From Polyangiaceae bacterium (GTDB lineage: Bacteria; Myxococcota_A; Polyangia; Polyangiales; Polyangiaceae), in NCBI GenBank assembly GCA_035063585.1, contig JAPSGB010000015.1, forward strand, positions 33,360 through 97,359: a stretch of DNA of 64,000 nt, given 5' to 3'. The notes under the pieces are model-generated. The model had not been told where the DNA came from. It was given only the letters and a program-made list of their open reading frames with translations, and did no database searches. Below are positions 30,712-38,681 of the stretch, piece after piece (position 1 is the stretch's first letter; each line of letters opens with the position of its first letter). The translations under genes and the position numbers were made by a program.

Positions 30712-31395
30712 GTGGCCCTTCCGACGTTCAGCTTCGTACAGCCCACGGCCGGCCCTTCGAGCGGCGGCGATCTCGTGCGGCTCGTCGGCACCGACTTCGC
30801 CGACCGGGTCCGGGTGCTGTTCGGCGGCGTGCCTGCCGAGGCGCCGTCCGTTCGCGACGAGGCGGGGCTCCGCGTCGTCGACCTCCGCACGCCGGTTCAC
30901 GCGCCTGGCGTCGTCGAGGTCGAGTTGCAGAACCTCGACGCCGACGGCGTCCCGGTTCCCGGCGAGTCCGTGGTCCTCGCGAACGCGTACCGCTTCGCGC
31001 GCCCCACCGTCGCCCGCGAAGCCGACCTCACGCGCGTCGTCCGCCAGCTCCTGCGCGAGCTGAAGCGCCAGGTGCTCGCCAACGTGAGCGCCACCGTCAG
31101 CGTCGACTACGACGACACGACCCTCGATGGCCTGAACGTCATCGCGATGGCGAAGGTGCCATCGCTGGTCCTCTCGGGACCGACCCTGCGCCCGAACCGC
31201 TTCTACTCGACGAACGTCGCGCACGAGGACGTGGTCGACGGCATCGCCGGGCCCGAGCTCGCACCGCGCAAGCCACCGTACACCGTCGACCTGGTCTTCA
31301 CGCTGACCGCCGCGTCGGAGCGGACCGCCGAGCTGTTCAACCTGATGGCGGCCGTCGCGACGTCCCTGAACCGCAACCGCTGGTTCGAGCTGCAG
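30712..31395 (+). pseudogene. IPT/TIG-domain phage-like protein, 3'-truncated by IS91-like remnant
   Basis: 'PTFSFVQPTAGPSSGGDLVRLVGTDF...VLFGG...TPVHAPGVVEV' is an IPT/TIG signature. The reading frame runs into IS copy C. Confidence 0.65.
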
Positions 31396-32075
31396 CGCGC
31401 CGAACGCGCTCGTCGCCACCGTCGACGCCTGGTTCAGGGCCCGGAGGGGTCGCAGGCGTAGGCCGGCCCAGACTGCTCCGCGTTCGATGCGCGTCGAAGC
31501 GCTCCGCCTCCACGATCTCGCCGAACCGCCTGCGTATGACGGGGCTCTTGAAGAAGCGCGGGCCACGTGACGGCGCGAGGGCGAGTGTGTCCGTCGGCTC
31601 GCCGACCCAGCGGAGGTAGCGGTCGATGCTCGCGGTGGTGAGGACGACGGCGCGGAATCTCATGCGTACGCCGCAGCGGTCGCGGCGCTCGACGTCGATC
31701 TTGAGCGTCCGCTGGAGCAGCTCGCGCCACGGCCATGGCCAGGTGGACCAGGAGCGAGAGCGGAGCCATGTCGATGGCGAAGGTGCCATCGATGAAGGGT
31801 CGCTTCAGCGTCAAGCGAACGAGCTCGCCTGCGACGGGCTCCACGCGGTCCTGCGCGATGGGATGGCGCGAGACGTACTTGCAGAGGGCCCCTTTCCCGC
31901 GCGGTCGTCGGCTGCGGCGGTGGTTGCTGCATGCAACGAAAAACCGCGCTCTGCAACGCACAGACCGCGGACCTCGGGCTCGCGCCCGGCGCGCAACATG
32001 ATGGGTTCCTGCCGGCGCGGCGCGGGACCGGCGGGAGGCGTGCCCGCGACGCCTGAGCCGACGAGGTCACCGCCG
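31395..32075 (-). mobile_element. IS91-family transposase remnant, copy C
   Basis: 'GFSLHAATTAAADDRAG...LCKYVSRHPIAQDR...LKRPFIDGT...WRELLQRTLKIDV', with frameshifts and an internal deletion. Confidence 0.85.
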
Positions 32076-32354
32076 TTCTCGCGCTCGCCGACCGCGAGCG
32101 CGCGCGCGCCGGGCTCGCGCCCCGCGTGCGCTCCCGCACGTGATCCCACGCAAGGCGCGGGGCGCTTCCGCGCCGGACCGGCAAACCCTCAAGCCTGCGA
32201 CGCGATCGACAGCGGCGACCTCAGCGACTTTGAGCCGGAGTTGGGCGCCGCGTCCACCTCGCGGAGGTCGGTGGCGGCTCTGGCGGCCACAACGAAGACC
32301 ACGAGCTCTTGGGAGCTCGACAGTCGATCTGAGCACGGAGGAGCGGGCGAGTAG

Positions 32355-32610
32355 ACCGGCACCTACCCACCAAGGAGCGGTCTTCGATCTGGCCTCCATC
32401 AACGCCGAGATGCGACGGGAGGGTGCCTACCAGCGCGAACCGCACACGGCTCGCGCGCTGGTTCGCGAGGAGGACCTGCGGCTCGTCCTCGTCGTGATGA
32501 CGGCGGGCGCGCGGATCGCGGAGCGTCGGGCGAACGATACGACCTCGGCCCACGCGCGGAGCGCGCACGTCCGGCTGACACCCCCCGACGAGACCGCCGA
32601 GCCGCCTCAA
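32355..32610 (+). pseudogene. degenerate cupin-domain gene fragment
   Basis: 'FDLASINAEMRRE..Y..EPHTARALVREEDLRLVLVVMTAGARIAE'. Confidence 0.5.
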
Positions 32611-32772
32611 CGCTCATCCCGCCTCCTCGCTTCCACATGGTGCGCTCATGGTGCGCTACCGCGGTGTGCTCAGCAGCCCCGGTCATCGCGAGGTGCCCGG
32701 GGCTGCTCCATTCTGGCATCGTGTGGCTGGGATGCACGGCGTGCGCGATCATCGACGCGATCGCCGGCTCGC

Positions 32773-33252
32773 TCAGCGCCTCGAGTAAGCGCAGTCCCCT
32801 TCTCTTACAATGCCGGCGTCGAACGAGAGCGAGCGCTCGAGCGGACTGCCCGGCGTCTTCTCCTTCACGTTCGGATCCGTGGTGAGGGTGAGCTTCGTCC
32901 CATCCAGGGTCCAGGTCCCCTTGCGCTCGACGATCCCTGACCAGACACACGCGACCTTCGGCGGACACGGCGCCACGAGATCGCGCGCAACGAAGGTCTT
33001 GTCGGTGGCGAGGGTGATCTCCCGCGCGTAGGTCCGGCCCCCGCAGGACGCGCTCGTCCACGTCCCCGTCGGCCCATCGACCCGCAGCGGCTTCGCAGTC
33101 TCGACGGGGCGCGCGGTCGGGCGGACGGTGGGCGCGGCGGTCGTCTCCGCAGGCGCCCGCACATTCGAGGTGGCGCTCGGCATCGCGTTGTTGCAGCCGC
33201 ACCCGAAGACCAACACCAAGGCCCCGACTCCAACCGTTCCTCTTCGCTTCAT
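32773..33252 (-). CDS. lipoprotein, hypothetical
   Basis: GGAGG RBS, signal peptide with Cys, 'GTWTSASCGGR...PCPPKVACVWSG'. Confidence 0.75.
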   Translation of the reverse strand: MKRRGTVGVGALVLVFGCGCNNAMPSATSNVRAPAETTAAPTVRPTARPVETAKPLRVDGPTGTWTSASCGGRTYAREITLATDKTFVARDLVAPCPPKVACVWSGIVERKGTWTLDGTKLTLTTDPNVKEKTPGSPLERSLSFDAGIVREGDCAYSRR

Positions 33253-33449
33253 GGTGCCTCCCAGATCATCGGACATAGCCGAGGAGTGCGTCGTTCCAAG
33301 CCTCGGCAAAATCGTCATCGGATGCGTCGGTTCCGAACCGGAGCGTCTCCAGCGCCGCTGCGACATCGCGCCCGGTGGCGTAGGCGCCCGCCGGCTCGTT
33401 CGAGTCGATCGCACGAACCTCTCGCCAGGCAAGCATCGGCGCATGATAC

Positions 33450-33700
33450 GCCCTGCCCATCCGTCGGTGGATCGAATCGAACCCACGTGGCGCGCTCGCC
33501 GTCGCGATCTTGCGCCGAGCGGCGTACACCATCCTCACGCTCTTCCGGAGCGTCACGCAGCGCTCGGAAGAGCGAAGACGAGTGCCCTGGAAGGAGCTGA
33601 TCGAGGACGTCTTCTTCGCCCTCGTTTCCTCGATCGATGCGGAGCCGGGACCTCGCGCTGCGCTGGCCGAAGCCCCCGACTGATCACGAACCTTCTCGAC
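33450..33700 (+). mobile_element. DDE transposase (ISAs1-like) C-terminal remnant
   Basis: Reads 'WIESNPRGALAVAILRRAAYTILTLFRSVTQRSEERRRVPWKEL', recalled as a myxobacterial transposase C-terminus. Confidence 0.5.
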
Positions 33701-33949
33701 TCCCGGGGCCGACGCCCGAAATCTGATGAACTGCCGGCAAGCCCAGGCTGGGTCGAACAGGCAGCCTCCCCCGGTCGGCTCCCGCTCGCCTGAACCCGCC
33801 CGGGGACCCGTGCCCGGGACCTCGAGCGGGCCCCGGCACTCTCCGGCGGAGGCTCGTTCGAGCCGTCAACGATCCAGGCTGGGTCGCCCGCCGCGGCGGT
33901 TGACGACGGGCGCGGCGCCTGACATGCAATTGGTGCTCGGGGACCAGCG

Positions 33950-35839
33950 ATGACGGCGGCTCGCTTCTGCGCAGTGATCTTTGTTGCGTGGCTCGGCCTG
34001 CCGGCCATCGCTAGAGCCGCCGACACGGTCATCGTCCACTTCGACGAGGACCTCGGCGCGCTGCCGCGAATCCACGGCGTGAACTCCGGCCCGCTGGTGC
34101 GAAAGGAGTGGCGCAGCGTCAACCCACCCACGATCGACATGTCCGCAGAGTTCGCGGCGACGCGCATCCCGGAGAGCCGCGCCCACGACGAGGGCGCTGG
34201 CGACATGCAGACGCTCTGGGCCTACGCCGACGCCAGCGGGCGACCCAGCTTCGCCGGGCACGACCCGACAGACGACGCGAGCTGGAAGGCGTCGGGACTG
34301 GCCATGCTCGACGAGCGGATGACCGCCGCGGAGAGCGTTGGCGTAGAGAATCTCCTCCGGTGCGGGTACAGCGCCGACCGTGACCCAGCCACTGGCGCGC
34401 GACCGTTCTCCGCACCCCCCGACGACTTCGACGGCTTCGCGCGGGCGTGCGCGGAGCTCCTCTCACGCATGACCGCGCTGGGCCACACGATCCACCGCGT
34501 CGAAGTGTGGAACGAGCCCTACATCAAGGACTTCTGGACCGGCACGGCGCTCGACTACCTCAGGCTCTACGAGCTGACCCGGCAGCGCATCCGTGAAGTC
34601 TACGGAGGCGCGGTCGCCGTGGGTTTCCACCTCGCGCTCGGGCCGTGGGTGGAGCCCATCGCGCTCGATATCATCCAACGGCAAACGAACGCCACTCCCG
34701 CCGACGACGTAAAGATCGATTTCTTCGTCCTCCATCTATATTTCGATCGCCCGCACCGGCTGCACGAGCGCGTGTACTCGGATCGCGTCGAGGTCGACGC
34801 CGGTCGGCCTGACGGCGTCCCTCCGTACGAGCAGTTCCTCGAAATCACGCGCCTCCCGTCCGATACCCCCGTCATCATCAGCGAGTGGAACCGCGGCGAC
34901 GGCGACGGCTCTCGCTACGCTCGCACCGCTGCCGCGCAGCCCATCGTGCTCGGTGCGCTGACCGCGCTGATTGACCTGCACCCGAGCATGGGCCCGCACC
35001 ACGTCGAGCTGGGGCACTTCTACTCCGCGCGCGACGGGCTGTGGGACGACCAGGGTCCGCGGCCGGCGGGGGTCGTCTTCCAGATCTTCGGCGAGCGCAT
35101 GCTCGGCGCCGCGCCGATCCGGGTGCGGACCGAGGGCCAGCGCTGGTCACGCGAGCCGCCCGTCAGCGGCGACCCACGGAGCCGCGGTCAGGAGCTGGTC
35201 GTGCTGGCGTCGCGGTCGTCCGATGCGCGTCGGGGCTACGTCGCGCTCGGCCTGCTCGACAACCGCGCGGGCGACGGCGTCCCGAGCGAGCCGGGCGAGC
35301 GCGTCGCCATCGCGCTGGAGGTACGCGGCGCGCTCGCCGGAAACTGGAGCGCCGTTCAGGAAGAGCTCGTCGACGATGGCGGGCCGTTCAATGATCGTCA
35401 CGGTTCGCTCGCCTCCGTCACCAAGCGCGCGGGTGCGCTCGGCGTACCCATCGCGCTGTCGATGGCCACGAACTCCGTCTCGCTCATGACGCTCTCGTAC
35501 CTCGGCGACGACGGCGGCGGGCCACCGGCCGACGCCGGTGCGGACGGCGACGCCGCGCTCGGCGATGGCGGCGGCGAGCCCGCGGCCGACGCGGGCGACG
35601 CGACGGCCGACGGGAGCCACGGCGGAGCCACCAGCGCGGAGACCTCGGGGTGCGGGTGCCGGACGAGCGGTCGCGACGCGGGCGAACCGTTCCTTATCCT
35701 CGGCGCGCTCGTCGCTGCGTGGCGCGGCCGCCGCGGAGCACGGCGGGCTCCCGCGCTTCGTCGTGAAAGAGCTCGTCGAGTACTTGCGCTGCGGGCAGCT
35801 CGAGCAGGGCTTCCACCATCTCGCTTGCCGCGAGCGTAG
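33950..35839 (+). CDS. secreted clan GH-A (GH39-like) glycoside hydrolase with MYXO-CTERM-like tail
   Basis: Signal peptide, acid/base 'EVWNEP', nucleophile 'IISEWN', tail 'SGCGCRT...LILGALVAAWRGRR'. The 3' end reads into an IS remnant. Confidence 0.75.
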   Translation: MTAARFCAVIFVAWLGLPAIARAADTVIVHFDEDLGALPRIHGVNSGPLVRKEWRSVNPPTIDMSAEFAATRIPESRAHDEGAGDMQTLWAYADASGRPSFAGHDPTDDASWKASGLAMLDERMTAAESVGVENLLRCGYSADRDPATGARPFSAPPDDFDGFARACAELLSRMTALGHTIHRVEVWNEPYIKDFWTGTALDYLRLYELTRQRIREVYGGAVAVGFHLALGPWVEPIALDIIQRQTNATPADDVKIDFFVLHLYFDRPHRLHERVYSDRVEVDAGRPDGVPPYEQFLEITRLPSDTPVIISEWNRGDGDGSRYARTAAAQPIVLGALTALIDLHPSMGPHHVELGHFYSARDGLWDDQGPRPAGVVFQIFGERMLGAAPIRVRTEGQRWSREPPVSGDPRSRGQELVVLASRSSDARRGYVALGLLDNRAGDGVPSEPGERVAIALEVRGALAGNWSAVQEELVDDGGPFNDRHGSLASVTKRAGALGVPIALSMATNSVSLMTLSYLGDDGGGPPADAGADGDAALGDGGGEPAADAGDATADGSHGGATSAETSGCGCRTSGRDAGEPFLILGALVAAWRGRRGARRAPALRRERARRVLALRAARAGLPPSRLPRA

Positions 35840-35945
35840 GTGCTCCGCTCTGGTGGCGTTCCGCTGCATGAGCATGGGGCGCGCCGCCCCCTGTCTCGGC
35901 CAACGGATGGCCGACACCGCCGTCCACTTGGAGCCGCGGGCGCTG
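35738..35945 (+). mobile_element. IS91-family transposase zinc-binding N-terminal remnant
   Basis: 'LPRFVVKELVEYLRCGQLEQGF..LAC...LVAFRC..G....CLGQRMADTAVHL'. Confidence 0.85.
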
Positions 35946-36237
35946 CCGCGCAGCTCGCCTCGCACCACGGCCGCGGTGCGCCGACGTCTCGCGGCGACGG
36001 TCTCGGCTCCCGGTACGCGAGGACGCCGTAGCAGCGAGTCGCGCGACGATTGAAATCTCCGAACGTAACGTAATCCTTCGACCCTTGGCACTTGAACCCT
36101 TGATCGAGTCGCGCCGAAGAGCGGCGGCGGCAAAACGCCCGCGTCGCCCGCGTCGCCACTCGGCGGTGGCCGTTTTCATTCGGCCGCCGGCCTCTCTTGC
36201 CTAGCTTCCAGTCTTGGGTGTATTCTGGATCATAGCT

Positions 36238-37671
36238 ATGTCTGCGCCCGTGAACGAAGGGGACGTTCTCGCCGGCAAGTACCGCGTCGACAAGGTGCTC
36301 GGCGTCGGCGGCATGGGGGTCGTCGTCGCGGCGCACCACCTGCAGCTCGACGAGAAGGTCGCGCTGAAGTTCCTCTTGCCGGAGATGCTCTCCAACGCGG
36401 AGGCGGTGGCGCGCTTCGAGCGGGAGGCGCGCGCGGCGGTGAAGATCAAGAGCGAGCACGTCGCGCGCGTCAGCGATGTCGGCAAGCTGGAAAACGGCGC
36501 GCCGTACATGGTGATGGAATACCTCGACGGCGGCGACCTCGCGGCGTGGGTGCAGCAGCGGGGCGCGCTCCCCGTCGAGCAGGCGGTCGAGCTCGTGCTC
36601 CAGGCATGCGAAGCGCTCGCGGAGGCGCACGCGCTCGGGATCGTGCACCGCGACCTGAAGCCGGCCAACCTGTTCTGCATCCGGCGCGCTGACGGGCTCC
36701 TGTCGATCAAGGTCCTCGACTTCGGGATTTCGAAGGTGACGGCGCTCGGTGGCTCGGGCCCCGACATGAGCATGACCAAGACGCAGGCGCTGATGGGCTC
36801 GCCGCTCTACATGTCGCCCGAGCAGATGCAGTCGGCGAAGAACGCTGACATGCGGGCGGACCTCTGGGCGCTCGGCGTCATTCTCTATGAACTTCTCACG
36901 GGGCAGGTGCCGTTCAACGGCGAGGTGCTCCCGGAGCTGGTGCTCAAGGTCGTCTCGGCGCCGCCGGCGCCCATGCGTAGTCTGCGACCCGACCTGCCGG
37001 ACGGGCTCGAGGCGGTCGTGCTGCGCTGCCTCGAGAAGGACCGCGAGCGGCGGTTCGCGAACGTCGCGGAGCTCGCGGTGGCGCTCGCGGAGTTCGGGCC
37101 GCGGCGCGCGCGTGGGTCGGTCGAGCGTGCCTCGCGCGTCCTCCAGGCCGCGGGGCTGTCGGCGAGCGCGCTCGCGCTGCCGCCGTCCTCGGAGGCCGGC
37201 GCGGCGGTAGGGCGTGCGGCGGGCACGGTCGGCTCATGGGCGCAGACGGCGCCGGGGGGCGGGCGCGGGAAGGTGTTCGCGGGGGCGATTGGGGCCGCCG
37301 TCATCGCGGGCGCGCTCGCGGTCGTGGTCTTGGTGCTCCTACGCCGCTCGCCGGACACGAGCGTGAACGCGGCGGCCGGTGCGAGCGCTGCTGGGCTCGT
37401 CGGTTCCGCCGACGCCCCGGTCGTGCCGGCAACCGTGACACCGCCGCCCGCCGAGCTCGCGCCGAGCGCCTCTGCCAGCGCAGCGCCGCCACCGGCGGAA
37501 ACGCATTCGCCAACGCCTCCCAGCACGCCCCCGTCGAAGCCGGTCGCTCGAACGACGGCGAAGCATGCGCCGCCGGGCGCGCCCGCGGCCGCGCCGCCGA
37601 AGCCAACCCCGACGACGCCGCAGTCCCCCGCGACCGCTGCGCCCAAGTACGACCCCACCGACCACCTCTGA
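36238..37671 (+). CDS. eukaryotic-like Ser/Thr protein kinase with TM and Pro-rich tail
   Basis: GxGGMG, VALK, HRDLKPAN, DFG, GSPLYMSPE, DLWALG. Confidence 0.95.
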   Translation: MSAPVNEGDVLAGKYRVDKVLGVGGMGVVVAAHHLQLDEKVALKFLLPEMLSNAEAVARFEREARAAVKIKSEHVARVSDVGKLENGAPYMVMEYLDGGDLAAWVQQRGALPVEQAVELVLQACEALAEAHALGIVHRDLKPANLFCIRRADGLLSIKVLDFGISKVTALGGSGPDMSMTKTQALMGSPLYMSPEQMQSAKNADMRADLWALGVILYELLTGQVPFNGEVLPELVLKVVSAPPAPMRSLRPDLPDGLEAVVLRCLEKDRERRFANVAELAVALAEFGPRRARGSVERASRVLQAAGLSASALALPPSSEAGAAVGRAAGTVGSWAQTAPGGGRGKVFAGAIGAAVIAGALAVVVLVLLRRSPDTSVNAAAGASAAGLVGSADAPVVPATVTPPPAELAPSASASAAPPPAETHSPTPPSTPPSKPVARTTAKHAPPGAPAAAPPKPTPTTPQSPATAAPKYDPTDHL

Positions 37672-37697
37672 CCCTTGCTTACCAAGGCCTCTGCCCC

Positions 37698-38681
37698 ATG
37701 CGCCGACACCACGTCACGACGCTCGCCCTCGGCGCCGCACTGGCCCTGACGGCGCTGCCCGCCCGCGCCGACGACCGCGCGATCGCCCAGCAAGTGTTCC
37801 AGGAGGCGCGCGCGCTGTTCGCGGCCGGCAAGGTCGCCGAGGCGTGCCCGAAGTTCGCGGCGGCGGCGCAGCTCTCGCCGACGCCCGGCGTGCGGCTCAA
37901 CCTGTCGGACTGCTACGCCAAGCTCGGCAAGTCGGCGAGCGCGTGGTCGAAGGCGGACGAGGCGCTCGCGCTGGCCGAGCGGGCTGGGGATACGGCCGCC
38001 GCGGAGGAGGCGCGCACCCGCAAGAAGGCGCTCGAGTCGAAGCTGTCGTACGTGACCATCGCGGTGACCGCGCCGCGCGCGAGCGGCCTCGCGCTCACGC
38101 TGGACGGCGAGAAGCTGCCCGAGGCGGTGTGGGGGACGGCGCTTCCGGCGGACCCCGGCGAGCACGTGATCGCGGCGAGCGCGCCGGGGCGCAAGGCGTG
38201 GTCATCGAAGGCGACGCTCGCGGCGGAGGCGGCGCGGATCACGGTCACGGTGCCGGTGCTCGAGGCGGAGGCGGCGAGCGCGACGGCGACCGCGACGGCG
38301 CCCGCGCCGGCCGACGCGGCGACAGGGAGCTCCGGCGGGCTCCAACGAACGATCGGCCTGGTGACCGCGGCGGCCGGCGTCGTCGGCCTGGGCGTCGGCA
38401 CGGTGTTCGGGCTGTCGGCCAAGTCGAAGAAGAGCGATTACGAACAGCACCAAGGGCCCGACGGGCGATGCGTCGACGCGGAGTGCGCGGCGCTGAGCGA
38501 GGACGCGCTCGGCGCGGCGCGGCTGTCGACCATCGGGTTCGTGGCGGGGGGCGTGCTGGCGGCGGCGGGGGCGGTGCTGTGGCTGACGGCGCCGTCGAAC
38601 ACTGGCGATGGCACGAGCGTGGCGCTGGTGCCAAGCGCGGGCGCAGCGGGCGTGGGCGCGAACGTTCTCGGGAGGTTCTGA
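37698..38681 (+). CDS. TPR/PEGA-like secreted membrane protein (kinase partner)
   Basis: Signal peptide, TPR 'EACPKF...LNLSDCYAKLGK', 'PADPGEHVI', C-terminal hydrophobic hairpin. Confidence 0.85.
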   Translation: MRRHHVTTLALGAALALTALPARADDRAIAQQVFQEARALFAAGKVAEACPKFAAAAQLSPTPGVRLNLSDCYAKLGKSASAWSKADEALALAERAGDTAAAEEARTRKKALESKLSYVTIAVTAPRASGLALTLDGEKLPEAVWGTALPADPGEHVIAASAPGRKAWSSKATLAAEAARITVTVPVLEAEAASATATATAPAPADAATGSSGGLQRTIGLVTAAAGVVGLGVGTVFGLSAKSKKSDYEQHQGPDGRCVDAECAALSEDALGAARLSTIGFVAGGVLAAAGAVLWLTAPSNTGDGTSVALVPSAGAAGVGANVLGRF

